Shown piece by piece: positions 9,770 through 20,402 of a stretch of DNA of 64,000 nt (within the stretch, counting starts at the first letter, position 1; every line of letters begins with the position of its first letter). Below the pieces are notes generated by a model. That model had not been told where the DNA came from, did not search any database, and saw only the letters and a list, made by a program, of their open reading frames with translations. The DNA is from an uncultured virus (IMG/VR IMGVR_UViG_2576861459_000003). Lineage: Duplodnaviria; Heunggongvirae; Uroviricota; Caudoviricetes. The position numbers and the translations under genes are program-made. Location: positions 1 to 64,000 of IMG/VR virus record IMGVR_UViG_2576861459_000003, one strand, 5' to 3'.

Positions 9770-10007
9770 TTTCTAAAACTTCAGCGAGCTTATCTGTTAG
9801 CTGTCTTCCCAGGTCTGTTTTTTGTTTCTGATCGAGTTTGTTCATTTTTCCTTTGCCATTAAGAAGCTCTCTTTTTTCCTCCAAAATTCCAATTTCAATT
9901 TTAATCAGTTCTCTATAAGCTTCGCTTTCTTTAGGAAAGAGCCCAGAGACAACTTTCACAGCCTGTAGTCCTTTGTTTAATTTATAATAACGATAAATAT
10001 TTTCCAT
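9741..10007 (-). CDS. hypothetical protein
   Basis: ORF track with RBS. Confidence 0.6.
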   Translation of the reverse strand: MENIYRYYKLNKGLQAVKVVSGLFPKESEAYRELIKIEIGILEEKRELLNGKGKMNKLDQKQKTDLGRQLTDKLAEVLEIVERFSNHG

Positions 10008-10064
10008 ATCTTTGCCCCTTTTTGTTTAATTTGATTCTGTCTCATATAATCAATGGAATTTTTT

Positions 10065-10463
10065 CTAAAACACATAGTTGCACACAACTGGGATTGAGAC
10101 TGCTGTTTTCTGCTTAGCTCTATAAAAATCATTCACCAGCTCAATGTCACCAACTACATAGCTAATGTCTTTAAGTTCTTCGATTTCTTTATCAACTGGA
10201 AAAGTGTTTGGACAATATGTTTTTCGATTTATCAATTTAATTAGAGCTTCTTCAATGGTTTGAATTTCAAATAACAGAGTCCCATCATGTGTGCTATTTG
10301 CAGTCAGTTTATAATCAAATTCTTCGTTAACACTTTTATCATAAGACACATGCCCAAGCTTAAGATTCTTTAAGTCTCCATGATAATCATCTAAATAACC
10401 GCTTCTTTTAAAAAAGAAGGCAATCTGTTCATTTGGATTTAAGTATTCAGTTCTTTTGCTCAT
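10065..10463 (-). CDS. hypothetical protein
   Basis: ORF track with AAGGGG RBS. Confidence 0.65.
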   Translation of the reverse strand: MSKRTEYLNPNEQIAFFFKRSGYLDDYHGDLKNLKLGHVSYDKSVNEEFDYKLTANSTHDGTLLFEIQTIEEALIKLINRKTYCPNTFPVDKEIEELKDISYVVGDIELVNDFYRAKQKTAVSIPVVCNYVF

Positions 10464-10580
10464 GGCTTCCCCTTCCTAAATTTTAGATAAAAGTCTTCTT
10501 TTATTTAGTCCTTTTTCCTGATTACTGGTATAATATACTTGTCTCAAAATTCTCAATATACGAAAAGGTGGTAATATTTA

Positions 10581-11015
10581 ATGAGCATTACTCAATATCC
10601 TATTATTCAAGGTTCTATTAAAAATGTAGGTTTCCATAGCAAGAGTGCATTTACCTACACATATGAAATGGACAAGGAAATTCTTCATGTTTATGACAAC
10701 TTAAAACATAAAAGCACATCTGCCATCAACTGCATTGAAGAAGTTATTTCGTTGCTAAAAGAAACACTTCAACCAAATAAAACTGGTGTTAGCAGGATTT
10801 TAGAAGTAATTAAAAATGCAATCTCACCAACTTCTCCATTTAAGAAGGTCATTATTTATACAGAGATGGATGAATTCACATCAGACTATACCAATAAAGG
10901 TCAGCAACTTAATATTTCCGCATACATTCCCGAGCAAAAAGACTTTAATGGCTGGGATGATTCAGAGCTTTACCAATTGTATTGCGATAATACCAAACAA
11001 GAAGCAAAAGCTTAA
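10581..11015 (+). CDS. hypothetical accessory protein in reverse orientation
   Basis: 144-aa ORF, AAGGTGG RBS, extended -10 TGGTATAAT near 10527. Confidence 0.7.
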   Translation: MSITQYPIIQGSIKNVGFHSKSAFTYTYEMDKEILHVYDNLKHKSTSAINCIEEVISLLKETLQPNKTGVSRILEVIKNAISPTSPFKKVIIYTEMDEFTSDYTNKGQQLNISAYIPEQKDFNGWDDSELYQLYCDNTKQEAKA

Positions 11016-11113
11016 TTAAATTCTTAAGAACAGGGTACTTTATAAAGAGTCCTGACTGCACCCCTCCACTGGATACACACATCATTAAGACCTCAGTCAG
11101 GACTTGTCTTCTG

Positions 11114-11542
11114 TTACTTAGTTCCAGTCGATCCATGACCTCCTCGATCATTGTTGCCTAAATGATTTACCTCAATCAATTCAACTGCAGGCATCTTCTC
11201 CATGATTCTGAACTGACAGATACGTTCCCCTTTTTTAATTTCTGTATCCCGTAATGCATAAGCCGGAAAGAACCAGAAATCATTGTCTCCCTTGTAGGAC
11301 TCATCGATAACACCCATTGAGTTTGTCTCAATGATGCCAAAGTTTTTAAATGTACTTCCCCGGGGAACGATATGAGCCTCATACCCTTCTGGTAGCTCCA
11401 TCGCTATTCCTAACGGAATAAGTTTAAATTCATCTTTTTTGAGCGCTACATCTTGAGCTGTCCGCAGATCAATCCAATCCCCTTGCTCAATTTTGTTGAT
11501 TCTTGTTTGTGTCTCATCTAAGTATTTGATTTTAATTTGCAT
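11114..11542 (-). CDS. yosS: trimeric dUTPase
   Basis: [30 protein letters not shown] motifs. Confidence 0.95.
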   Translation of the reverse strand: MQIKIKYLDETQTRINKIEQGDWIDLRTAQDVALKKDEFKLIPLGIAMELPEGYEAHIVPRGSTFKNFGIIETNSMGVIDESYKGDNDFWFFPAYALRDTEIKKGERICQFRIMEKMPAVELIEVNHLGNNDRGGHGSTGTK

Positions 11543-11614
11543 TATGTATTAGCTCCTTTTATTTTTAATGTTTGTACGTTCTTGTATTGTTTTTTTAGTT
11601 AAACAAATAGCTCA

Positions 11615-11977
11615 TTATTGTTCGAACTTTGCCCTCAACTCTTCATATAGTTTACGATCACTTTCTTCCTTCTCTTTGAGGTACTTTTCTCTTTCAGCAT
11701 CTTGCTTCTTTTTTAGCTCATTCTCATACTTTTCCCACTCTGTTTCATCGATCACACCTTTTTCATGTAATTCTCTTTTCAGAGGGTATAATATCTTCTT
11801 TGCTTCATGTGGGTATAAAATTCTTGTCTCACAGCCATCATCCCAGTCGCCTTGTTGACAAACCATAAACACACCTGCATCTTTAGTAATAATTGTTGTT
11901 TGCTCACAAAATTGATTTGCCCAAACGTAAGAAACTTCTTTCCCGATTAATTCTTCCTGACTTTCAATGAAATACAT
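11615..11977 (-). CDS. hypothetical protein
   Basis: ORF track with AAGGAG RBS. Confidence 0.7.
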   Translation of the reverse strand: MYFIESQEELIGKEVSYVWANQFCEQTTIITKDAGVFMVCQQGDWDDGCETRILYPHEAKKILYPLKRELHEKGVIDETEWEKYENELKKKQDAEREKYLKEKEESDRKLYEELRAKFEQ

Positions 11978-12025
11978 TTATTAGCTCCTTTATTATTAGT
12001 TTGTTTAAACTTGCCCGTTTATTGA

Positions 12026-12532
12026 CTATTCAAGGTCAACATTATATTCCTGGGTAACTGTATGCTCCGGTAAAAAGAAATCGTATGATCTTTCCTTAAA
12101 AGGCGGAGATTCCCCAAACATGAGCCTTACAAATTTATTCGTATATTCATAGCGATACTTTTTCATATATGGAGTTTTATAGTCTCCTTCTTTTACTCTA
12201 GAAGTTTCTGCTTTCACTTTATGTACTGACTTAAACCCTTCTTTTTCTATTACGAAATAGAAATATTGTGTATCGTCGATGACCCCTGAGCCCATTACAA
12301 ATTTGCCACTGATATTAATGTTGTCCTTAATTGAATAAACATTTACCTTTTCTTCTAATACTGCGTGGTTATCAAAAGGAAAAAACACTGCAATAAGCCC
12401 AGCAAAAATTACTACAACAACTGCAGCAACGAATCCACAGATTATAGAAAAAATCAATTCCCCGTATGTATCTATTAAAACAACTATTGTTGTTGCAACA
12501 AGAACAATTCCAGCCAATATCAATAATCCCAT
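12026..12532 (-). CDS. membrane protein (two N-terminal TM segments)
   Basis: Hydrophobic N-terminus; coupled to redoxin gene. Confidence 0.7.
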   Translation of the reverse strand: MGLLILAGIVLVATTIVVLIDTYGELIFSIICGFVAAVVVVIFAGLIAVFFPFDNHAVLEEKVNVYSIKDNINISGKFVMGSGVIDDTQYFYFVIEKEGFKSVHKVKAETSRVKEGDYKTPYMKKYRYEYTNKFVRLMFGESPPFKERSYDFFLPEHTVTQEYNVDLE

Positions 12533-12780
12533 TATTGACCCCTTAAATCATTTATTAAGGTGTCTAACTCACCAGGTATAAAACCGATACTTCGTTTTAC
12601 TTCCTCTCCTTGCTCATTAAGCAAGATAGTTACCGGTACACCCATTACTCCATATTGTGCTGCCACTTCCGGATTCTGTGTTACATCAACTGTCTCATAT
12701 TCAACTCCTGCATCATTTAAGTAATTGGACACCATTTTGCAGGGATTGCAATTTGGTTGCTCTAATTTAATTAATCTCAT
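12532..12780 (-). CDS. yosR: thioredoxin/NrdH-like redoxin
   Basis: CNPC and GVP motifs downstream of nrdF. Confidence 0.88.
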   Translation of the reverse strand: MRLIKLEQPNCNPCKMVSNYLNDAGVEYETVDVTQNPEVAAQYGVMGVPVTILLNEQGEEVKRSIGFIPGELDTLINDLRGQ

Positions 12781-14571
12781 TGAATACATCCTTTCTCAGT
12801 AAAAATGAAATCTGAATCCTTTAATGGCTCCACCGTTGCTTTTTTGTACCCATTCCCTTTTTGGCTAAAGAAGTCATGTGACTTAGTCTTTGTGCTTAAT
12901 CCATTAATAACGATCGGATTAACATCCTCTTCTTCAAACCAATGATCAAAGCCCAGATTGTTTAATGCTTTATTTGCGTTGTATCTGATGAATTTCTTTA
13001 CATCTGGAGCTAAACCAACCTGATCATAAACATCTTCTGTATACTCCAATTCATTTTCATAAAGCTCTTGTAGCAAGCTTAAAGCCCATTCATACATTTC
13101 TTTTTGCTTCTGAGGCGTTTGTTTCTTATATATCTCTTGAGCTAATAAACCGATGTATACGCCGTGTAGCGCCTCGTCTCTAATACCTTTAGTTCAACCG
13201 AGTTCGCTACTCTCGGCTCGTTGCCCTGTCGCAACCGCCTTACGTTACCGTAAGGAGCAGACTATATCATCATCCCTGTAGGATGCCTCCCGTTTCGATT
13301 TAAGGGGTTCTCACCCACGCCAATAGCTTGCGCCCTACTCGTTTTGCGGAATTTCGCCGCCTATGCGATAGTCGTTGAACGTTCTATGCGATCCCATAAA
13401 GTCTTCCATCTTCTTTTATGTCGAATCAGACTAACGTAACGAGGATGAAGGCTGTATTTTTCACCAGCTTCAACATTATTCATTCCAGCAAGCAAATCAT
13501 AGATTAAATTTGTTGCCTCTGAGTCTGTGAGCTTTGACATTGAATTACTTTCTCCAGGTTGTCCTGACATTAATCCAATTTTCATTGCGTGTAGAGTATT
13601 TTCTTTAGGTGTAACTATCTCTAAATTCCGAACGTGATTGTTTAGTTTATTTCCATCTATGTGGTTTACAAACATTCCTTTTGGTATTTCATGAATAAAA
13701 TATTTTGCGACTAACCTATGTACTAAAAAGTTCTGTGTTCCTTTATTCGGATGCGTGTATCCTATCATTTCATAGCCATGTGGAGTAATAAATGTCTTTC
13801 TTGGTTTCTTTAATTTTTTTGATATGATAACTCCCGTTTCCGTTATCCACCAAGGTGCTTCATCGACTTCTTTCCTTATCATTTTCACCTCCTTTGGGTT
13901 CGCATAGCTTCGCTGCTGATTGTCCTAAAAAGGATTTTCCAGCAATTAGAGAGGTTCACATTTGCCGTTGCCGACAAAAGGGACTATTAAATAATCAGGT
14001 TAATGATCTCTCCACTCTGCATGAGCTTCCCTTGTCCATAAAAGTAAAGTGGGTAATAAAACCCTGAGTAGAAAAGGAAACTCTCCAGAAACACAGATGC
14101 AACCATTGCTTTGAATAAGGAAATATCATCGTTTTTCTGAACCGCTTCATAAATCGAAACAATTGTTTTTGCTTTCCTTTGAAGAAACCTATTGTTTTTC
14201 ACCCATTCGAAGACTTCATTGATCTTCTCGGTTGGAGCCAAAGTTAGAAAGATGTTGCTGTAAGATTTCGCATGGACAGCATTTTCCATCATCGCCATGA
14301 AATTAAGAACCGCTTTTCGCTGATGGCCTTCGACGTGCTCGGCCACAATCGGCATGCCTGTGTTCCCCTGCTCTGTGTCCAATAATGTAAGCCCAGCTAA
14401 AACTTTCATATAAGTATCTTGTTCCTTTGTTCCAAGATACTTCCAAGTGAGAAGATCGCCGTTTAATGCGATCTCTTCCGGAAGCCAAAACTGCTTTACG
14501 TTTTGGTTGTAGAACATTTGGGTGAAATCATCTTCATGCTTTGACCAGTTTGCTGCTGTATATTGCGTCAA
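12777..14571 (-). CDS. nrdF: class Ib ribonucleotide reductase beta subunit, spliced: exons 14571-13994 and 13185-12777 (328 aa)
   Basis: Removing 13186-13993 restores [22 protein letters not shown] and FYSGF motifs present. Confidence 0.93.
13186..13993 (-). ncRNA. group I intron (808 nt) in nrdF carrying an HNH endonuclease
   Basis: Exon ends in U, intron ends in G, conserved GATATAGTCT core element near 13259-13268, frame restored on removal. Confidence 0.92.
13361..13882 (-). CDS. yosQ: intron-encoded HNH homing endonuclease
   Basis: [23 protein letters not shown] motif; AAGGAGGTG RBS; inside intron. Confidence 0.9.
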   Translation of the reverse strand: MIRKEVDEAPWWITETGVIISKKLKKPRKTFITPHGYEMIGYTHPNKGTQNFLVHRLVAKYFIHEIPKGMFVNHIDGNKLNNHVRNLEIVTPKENTLHAMKIGLMSGQPGESNSMSKLTDSEATNLIYDLLAGMNNVEAGEKYSLHPRYVSLIRHKRRWKTLWDRIERSTTIA

Positions 14572-14574
14572 TTA

Positions 14575-14799
14575 TTAGTCCTCCTTCTTAGATATAAACT
14601 CTTGTTCAATTGTGAATTTCCCTTCAGGCAATATAATAGGTCTATCATCAGCAGACCTATAATTAACATCAAATAATACGTTGTCGTAAGTTAGTGCGTG
14701 TTTATTAAGGGTTTTAATACATCCGCCCTTTAGGTGACACCCAATCAGTACTGACTTTTTTCTTTTTCTCAAATACCAAACTGCCAATGAACTTAACAT
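14575..14799 (-). CDS. small hypothetical protein between nrdE and nrdF
   Basis: GAGGAGG RBS, 74 aa, fills the gap. Confidence 0.55.
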   Translation of the reverse strand: MLSSLAVWYLRKRKKSVLIGCHLKGGCIKTLNKHALTYDNVLFDVNYRSADDRPIILPEGKFTIEQEFISKKED

Positions 14800-14817
14800 C
14801 TTTCAGCGCCTCCTCGC

Positions 14818-17450
14818 TTAAACCACGCAACTCAAGCACGAATCCTGCCCTGTATCCTTCGTTCGAGCATAATACAGCGTCTTAATTCCTTTATGATGCG
14901 CATATAAGTCGATCCGGTTTAAATCTCTTGTTGTCATCGTATCCTTTAAGAACAACGTAAAAGAAATTCCTTGGTCGACGTGCTGCTGAATTGTTGCAAT
15001 AAGATCAACTACCTTAAACATATCCATGTCGTATGCTTCCTTATAAAAGAACCAATTCTGAGCCGATAAACCTGGCATTGGATAATATGTCTTACTGTTT
15101 CCGTATGTACGTTCCTCGATTCTCTCCATAATGGGCATTACACCGGCCGTAGATGATTGAACATATGAGATGCTTCCAGTAGGTGCAACAGCTTGCCTGT
15201 ATGAATGATACAAGCCATATTTCATAACATTCTCTTTAAGCTTCATCCAATCTTCAATGTTAGGAATATGTTGATCTCCAAACAGGTTTTTAACCTTTTC
15301 ATATTTAGGGCTATAATCATTTGTCACGTACTTATCAAAATACGCGCCTGATTTGTAGGTTGATCCATCAAACTTGTAGTACGTCTCCCCTGTTTCTCTT
15401 GCAATTTCCATTGAACGCTGCAGGGAGTAAAAGTTAACCATCATAAAGTATGTATTTGCAAAGTCTTTTGCTTCTTCACTTTCATAAGCAATTTTATTTT
15501 GAGCTAGAAAACCGTGCAGGTTCATCTGCCCTAGACCAATTGATCGCATTAGTGTATTTGCTCTCGCAACGGCTGGGGCATTTACAATGTTTGTTTTCCT
15601 TGTGACAGTTGTCAGTGAGTCAATTGCTATTCTGACCGTTGAAGCAATTGATTGGTTACTCATTACATTTACAATGTTCATGGATCCAAGATTACATGAG
15701 ATATCTAATCCAATTTCATCTTCCTGATCGTAATCTGTATAAACTGACACTTGTGATGCTTGGAGTACTTCTGACTTTAATATTCAACGAAAGGCGCAAC
15801 ACTCTCGTCCGTTCTCTTATGAACTGCTTACGATCACTCGTAAGAATAGACTATATCATCGACCTATAAGGCCGCCCGCCGTTTCCATCGCCATATGCTT
15901 GCGATGTACTCTACTCCCTTACGCGTATGCGTGGTTTCGATAGTCGTTCGGCATTTCCGCAAGGTGCGGTTTAGCACGGTATTGTCTATTGAATAGAGTT
16001 TCACCGTTTAGGCGGGTTTGCTACGGCCATTGCTGACCGAAGGTGCTACAGTTAACACAAATTAGAAAACTTCACTTTTGAAATATGTTCATTTGGATGC
16101 ACTTTATTTACATTGTCAGCAAACATAATATAAGGATAGCCAGATTCACTTCTCAGAATGGCCAATTGCTCCAACAGCTTCCGAGCATTCCCCTTTGCTT
16201 TTCTAACCCTTGGATTTTCAACAAGCTCCTCATACATTTTATTGATGTCCATCTCATCAAGATACTGTCCATATTCTTTGTAAACTGAATGAGGATAGAA
16301 CATGTAAAAGTCCTTATCTTCTCTTGCCAATTCAATGAATTTATCAGGAAGTACTACACCAATGGAGAGTGTTTTAACCCGGACATCTTCATCTGCTGAG
16401 ATTTTTTTGGTATCCAGGAAGTCTGTAATATCTGGATGGAACACGCTTAGATAAGCTGCTCCAGACCCTTGTCTTTGCAGACCATTCAGACGTGTTCGCT
16501 AAGCACGTCCCGCCATATGGCTGCTTCATGTTACCATGAAGGTTAGACTATATCTTCACCCACTAAGGGTGCCTCCTGTTTCGACTGCCAATAGCTTGCA
16601 GCCTACGCCTTTCGGCTAGTCGTTGCACGTTCAAGACTTTAGTCTAGCTTCGCTCATGATTGTCCTTGTAGGAGTTCCCATGAATTAAAGAGGTTTTCGA
16701 TCGCCATTTCTGACGAAAGGGGCCAAATCAACCCATTTGATCGGCATATCTAAAAGCATTATCCAATAGCTTCATAACACCTACGACGCCTTTTGTTACA
16801 TTTTCCACATCTTTAATGGCTTCGCCTTTGGCTCTTAATTTATTTAAGTTTAATGCTACGCCACCGCCTAACTTAGACAGTTGCATTGAAATATCAATAG
16901 CACGTGAAATATCATTCAAACTGTCACCTACTTCAAGTAGGAAGCAACTGACCATTTCACCCCTTCGCTTACGACCAGCATTAATGAAAGCCGGCGTAGC
17001 TGGTTGATACTCTTGTTTCATCATAGTACGCACATTCTTAACCGCTTTCTCATAGTCTCCACCTGCGAAAAATAAAGCTACAATTGAGACACGATCCTCG
17101 TATCTCTCCAGGATCTTTGTTTTGTCGTTTGTCTTCAATGCATAGTCATTGTAGAACTTAAAGGCACTCATGAAAGATGGGAATCTGAATTTGTAACTGT
17201 AAGCAAGTTTAAAAATCGTTTTAATCTGGTCAAATGTGTACTCGCTTAAGAATTCTTCTTCGTAATAATCATTTTTAATCAGATAATCCAGTTTCTCTCT
17301 TAAATCATGGAAAAAGACTGTATTTTGATTAATATAATCTACAAAGTAACTGTGTACTGCCTCCTTATCCTTCTCAAATTGAAACTTCCCGTCTTTCTGA
17401 ATCATGATCTCATTATTGAGCTTGATCCACTTTGGTATGGTGTTTGTCAA
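14818..17450 (-). CDS. nrdE: class Ib ribonucleotide reductase alpha subunit, spliced: exons 17450-16731, 16477-16055, 15774-14818 (699 aa)
   Basis: Splicing restores YADQMG|QRQGSG and SNLC|SEV; SCF, SCNLGS, APTGSIS and C-terminal CLSC motifs; TTG start after GGGAGG. Confidence 0.93.
15775..16054 (-). ncRNA. group I intron 2 of nrdE (280 nt, no ORF)
   Basis: Exon ends TGT, intron ends G, GATATAGTCT element near 15849, frame restored. Confidence 0.88.
16478..16730 (-). ncRNA. group I intron 1 of nrdE (253 nt, no ORF)
   Basis: Exon ends GGT, intron ends G, AAGATATAGTCT element near 16545, frame restored. Confidence 0.9.
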
Positions 17451-17808
17451 TAAGTTGTACCTCCCGATTAATCTTCTGCAAATCTTGTTTTGTTCCACTA
17501 AGTTCAAACTTTAATAACAATGGTACGCGGAACATTGCTGAAAGCTTCTCTCCAGCTAAACCATAGTTATCACCCCAAACCTTGTTACCACTCACAACAA
17601 CACCTTTTATTTTATTTTTATTCATAATAATAAAATTCAAAGTCCTTTCAGGCACTTCCCCAAAGCCTATCGTATATGTAATATGTATAAATTCTTCTTC
17701 AATGATTAAGTCATCTGTAATTTCAATGACATCGAAGTTTAACTCCCTTTGTAAAGCTTGAGCAAACCTTTTCACATTGCCTGTCTTGCTTTCATATGTA
17801 ATAATCAA
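17413..17808 (-). CDS. nrdI: NrdI flavodoxin-like protein
   Basis: YESKTGNVKRF, TYTIGFGEVP, SGNKVWG, FELSGT motifs. Confidence 0.93.
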   Translation of the reverse strand: MIITYESKTGNVKRFAQALQRELNFDVIEITDDLIIEEEFIHITYTIGFGEVPERTLNFIIMNKNKIKGVVVSGNKVWGDNYGLAGEKLSAMFRVPLLLKFELSGTKQDLQKINREVQLIDKHHTKVDQAQ

Positions 17809-18155
17809 TATTCTTTATATTCTCCGTTAACCAAACTGTTGGTGGTTGTTTCTGCTTCATTTTCAGCATGATGAAAAGCTTCAGACATTTCTAAATTAAT
17901 GTCTCCCATTTCAGCATAGCCTTTGGCCATTTGAGCTTCATAGTCTGATAGCTCTGTCATCGGTACTGGAATGTAGTTATCCTTCTGCTCTTGCGTGATA
18001 ACCATTTGATCCCCTTCAAGATTGGTCGCAATCAGTTCGCCTTTTAAAGCAGTGTATGAGCCACCATTTTTCATATGTACTTGCGTATTTTCTTTTGCTT
18101 CATCCAAGGTTACAAAGTGACTGCGCTTAACGTATAACTGTTTAGCAGCTCCCAT
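17805..18155 (-). CDS. yosL: YosL, MazE/NdoAI-like antitoxin mimic
   Basis: C-terminal MAKGYAEMGDINLEMS..ENEAETT resembles B. subtilis MazE C-terminus; upstream of nrdI. Confidence 0.82.
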   Translation of the reverse strand: MGAAKQLYVKRSHFVTLDEAKENTQVHMKNGGSYTALKGELIATNLEGDQMVITQEQKDNYIPVPMTELSDYEAQMAKGYAEMGDINLEMSEAFHHAENEAETTTNSLVNGEYKEY

Positions 18156-18173
18156 TCCACAACTCCCTTTTCT

Positions 18174-18323
18174 CTATTTTTTGTTTTTATCTTTGTCATG
18201 TCTTACGTCTAACTTATCCATATCATTGAGAATATGGTCAATAACAACATCGCTGAACTTACCGTAGACCTTATATCCAATTAATTTGCTTCTCAAATCT
18301 CTCCACTTTCTTGTTGCACTCAT
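18174..18323 (-). CDS. small hypothetical protein (49 aa, MSATRKWRDL...)
   Basis: Manually read ORF with GGAAGGGG RBS. Confidence 0.55.
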   Translation of the reverse strand: MSATRKWRDLRSKLIGYKVYGKFSDVVIDHILNDMDKLDVRHDKDKNKK

Positions 18324-18357
18324 TTTGCTTCCCCTTCCTATGAAACTGTGATTTTAT

Positions 18358-18699
18358 TTAAACTAAAACCAAAACATTGTTTTTGATGTACTTGTCTATA
18401 TCTGATTTTGTATAAGTAAGAGTACTGTCGGTTGTAGTGTCAGTTATTTCGAATTGTTCAGTATTATGATTCATTCTTGCTGTGTATACAGTATTGCTGA
18501 CTACAGCAATAGCTTCTTCTGATAGCTTAAATTTAAATTCGTTTAAATCAGTTATTTCATCAATCTCTCTTACCTCATGCGGTACTCCGCTTTCTTCTTG
18601 AGCATACACAGCATCATTATGAGCCTCAATAGCGTCATCAAAAGTGTTAACAAGTGTTCCCATGCAATAAAGTCCGTATTTTTTATTCATCCTCATCAT
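18358..18699 (-). CDS. hypothetical protein
   Basis: ORF track. Confidence 0.65.
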   Translation of the reverse strand: MMRMNKKYGLYCMGTLVNTFDDAIEAHNDAVYAQEESGVPHEVREIDEITDLNEFKFKLSEEAIAVVSNTVYTARMNHNTEQFEITDTTTDSTLTYTKSDIDKYIKNNVLVLV

Positions 18700-18710
18700 C
18701 CTTTTTACTC

Positions 18711-19073
18711 TTAGAGTTTTTTATTAACAATGCCTTTAATGCTTTGTAATGTTTGCTTGTACTCGCTATCCAAGCCACTTACATCAAGATTTGTTGAGAT
18801 TCGATAGTTTCCTGAGTCGTCGTACATTGTTATGAAAGCTTCCGTATCATCCTCTTTAGCACTAAAAGTGATATCATGAACCTCAACCTGATCTGCACCG
18901 TTTTCTTGCTTTAGTTCTTCAATATAGTCTGGCTGCATCATGTTGAATAACTCTTTAACTGTGGTGAATTTTACTTGTTCTAATAAGCTATCTTCTTTGT
19001 ATTCAAATGACTCAAAATAAAGATTGAATGTTAAATAGCCTTCTACTAAATTTCCATGTTTAGTGTATTCCAT
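18711..19073 (-). CDS. hypothetical protein
   Basis: ORF track with AAGGAG RBS. Confidence 0.7.
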   Translation of the reverse strand: MEYTKHGNLVEGYLTFNLYFESFEYKEDSLLEQVKFTTVKELFNMMQPDYIEELKQENGADQVEVHDITFSAKEDDTEAFITMYDDSGNYRISTNLDVSGLDSEYKQTLQSIKGIVNKKL

Positions 19074-19112
19074 CCTATTCTCCTTTTCTGATTTCTCTTT
19101 AAAATCATCCTT

Positions 19113-19469
19113 TTAAAGTAATGAATAAAATCCCAGTTCGCTGACCGCCCCGCCAGCCATTGTTTTGAGCACTTTGAATTCTAATTTAACTGCCAAGTCT
19201 CCTGCCATGTTGAAATGAATTTTATTAATGTCCGCCTTTAACACCTTTGTTTCGCCCTCATAACTTGTCAATTTCATTTTAAGTGGACTTTTTATCCCCT
19301 CATTCAAATCAAACACCTTATATGCTGTTGAATTCTTACCAGTGTTTATAGTAATCCTGTCCTCATCCTCAACAGCTTCAATGTTCTGGTAGTGAAGAAC
19401 AATTTTCGTTTCCTTCGGTAAATAATTATTAAATTTTTCTTTAAAAACAGAGATTTCTTTTAAAATCAT
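19113..19469 (-). CDS. hypothetical protein
   Basis: ORF track with AAGGAG RBS. Confidence 0.7.
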   Translation of the reverse strand: MILKEISVFKEKFNNYLPKETKIVLHYQNIEAVEDEDRITINTGKNSTAYKVFDLNEGIKSPLKMKLTSYEGETKVLKADINKIHFNMAGDLAVKLEFKVLKTMAGGAVSELGFYSLL

Positions 19470-19505
19470 ATCTGACTCTCCTTTTGAAAAAAACTATTTT
19501 TCTGG

Positions 19506-19787
19506 TTAATCCTCTTGAGGGACTTTAATATAATTTGGAGCTTCCTCTAGCATCTCATCAAATATTTCGTCAATTGCTTCCTGAAATACAGTTAACCCGG
19601 TTTCACTATTTGTTGAGGTTTCATTAATCTTTTCAGCAAACCCTTTAGCAAATTGTCTTTTAAATTTAACCTTAATTGATTCATCCCAGTTGTTTGGATT
19701 ATTGTTGAATGCCACTTCTAACAAATCGATCGGTAGAGTAATGACTACATTTTTCCCTTTGACTTTCGCGTAATCCATGATTTCCAT
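19506..19787 (-). CDS. hypothetical protein
   Basis: ORF track. Confidence 0.65.
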   Translation of the reverse strand: MEIMDYAKVKGKNVVITLPIDLLEVAFNNNPNNWDESIKVKFKRQFAKGFAEKINETSTNSETGLTVFQEAIDEIFDEMLEEAPNYIKVPQED

Positions 19788-19824
19788 CTCCTCTTTTGTT
19801 TAAAATAAAACTTTTAATTAAATC

Positions 19825-20022
19825 TCAATCAACTGATTCGTATTTAACCCTTGGATAAGTTGTTTGCATATAAACTTTTTTCATGCACAATGGACATTGA
19901 AACGGATACTTCGGTGGGTTTGATGTGAGCATCATATTTGCAAACACGAGCTCTGGAGCTTCCTCGCATTCATCACAATGCAACGTCTCTCTAAAAACTT
20001 TAACTTGCTGCGATTTAATCAT
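19825..20022 (-). CDS. small zinc-ribbon protein
   Basis: CDEC..CPLC motifs; AAGGAGG RBS. Confidence 0.65.
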   Translation of the reverse strand: MIKSQQVKVFRETLHCDECEEAPELVFANMMLTSNPPKYPFQCPLCMKKVYMQTTYPRVKYESVD

Positions 20023-20040
20023 ATTCAGATTCCTCCTTCG

Positions 20041-20388
20041 TTAAATAAACAATGTACTGACATACAGAACAATCAATGCAAAAGCTGAATGAAGTAAAGA
20101 CTTACCGGCTTTCTTGAAAATGTTCTCATCTTTTTCCTGATCTGACCGTTTTACACCTTTGACAAATACGTTGAGTAAAACACCAATAACAAATGCATGA
20201 GGTAAAGTGATATGGACATTTTGAATGTTGTATGTATCAATAAGCAAAGGATTTAACACGTGATTCAATCCATAATAGACAACTAGTGACATAGTCAATG
20301 CTTCAACAAAAATGAGTAACCCAACTACAATCAGGGAACCTGATCCAATAAAGAAACCGTTCCAAATATCTTTTGTATTCTTATTCAA
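20041..20388 (-). CDS. membrane protein (YosE-like)
   Basis: Three hydrophobic segments, 115 aa. Confidence 0.65.
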   Translation of the reverse strand: MNKNTKDIWNGFFIGSGSLIVVGLLIFVEALTMSLVVYYGLNHVLNPLLIDTYNIQNVHITLPHAFVIGVLLNVFVKGVKRSDQEKDENIFKKAGKSLLHSAFALIVLYVSTLFI

Positions 20389-20402
20389 TAAATATCTCTC
20401 CT

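Noticed and set aside
12777..17507. nrdE and nrdF fragments as frameshifted pseudogenes
   Set aside because: Removing three U-to-G bounded group I introns restores full-length in-frame proteins
18234..18260. ATGGTC-N15-GAACTT upstream of yosL resembling the AimR operator half sites
   Set aside because: Spacer is 15 rather than 25 nt and it lies within a small CDS; probably chance
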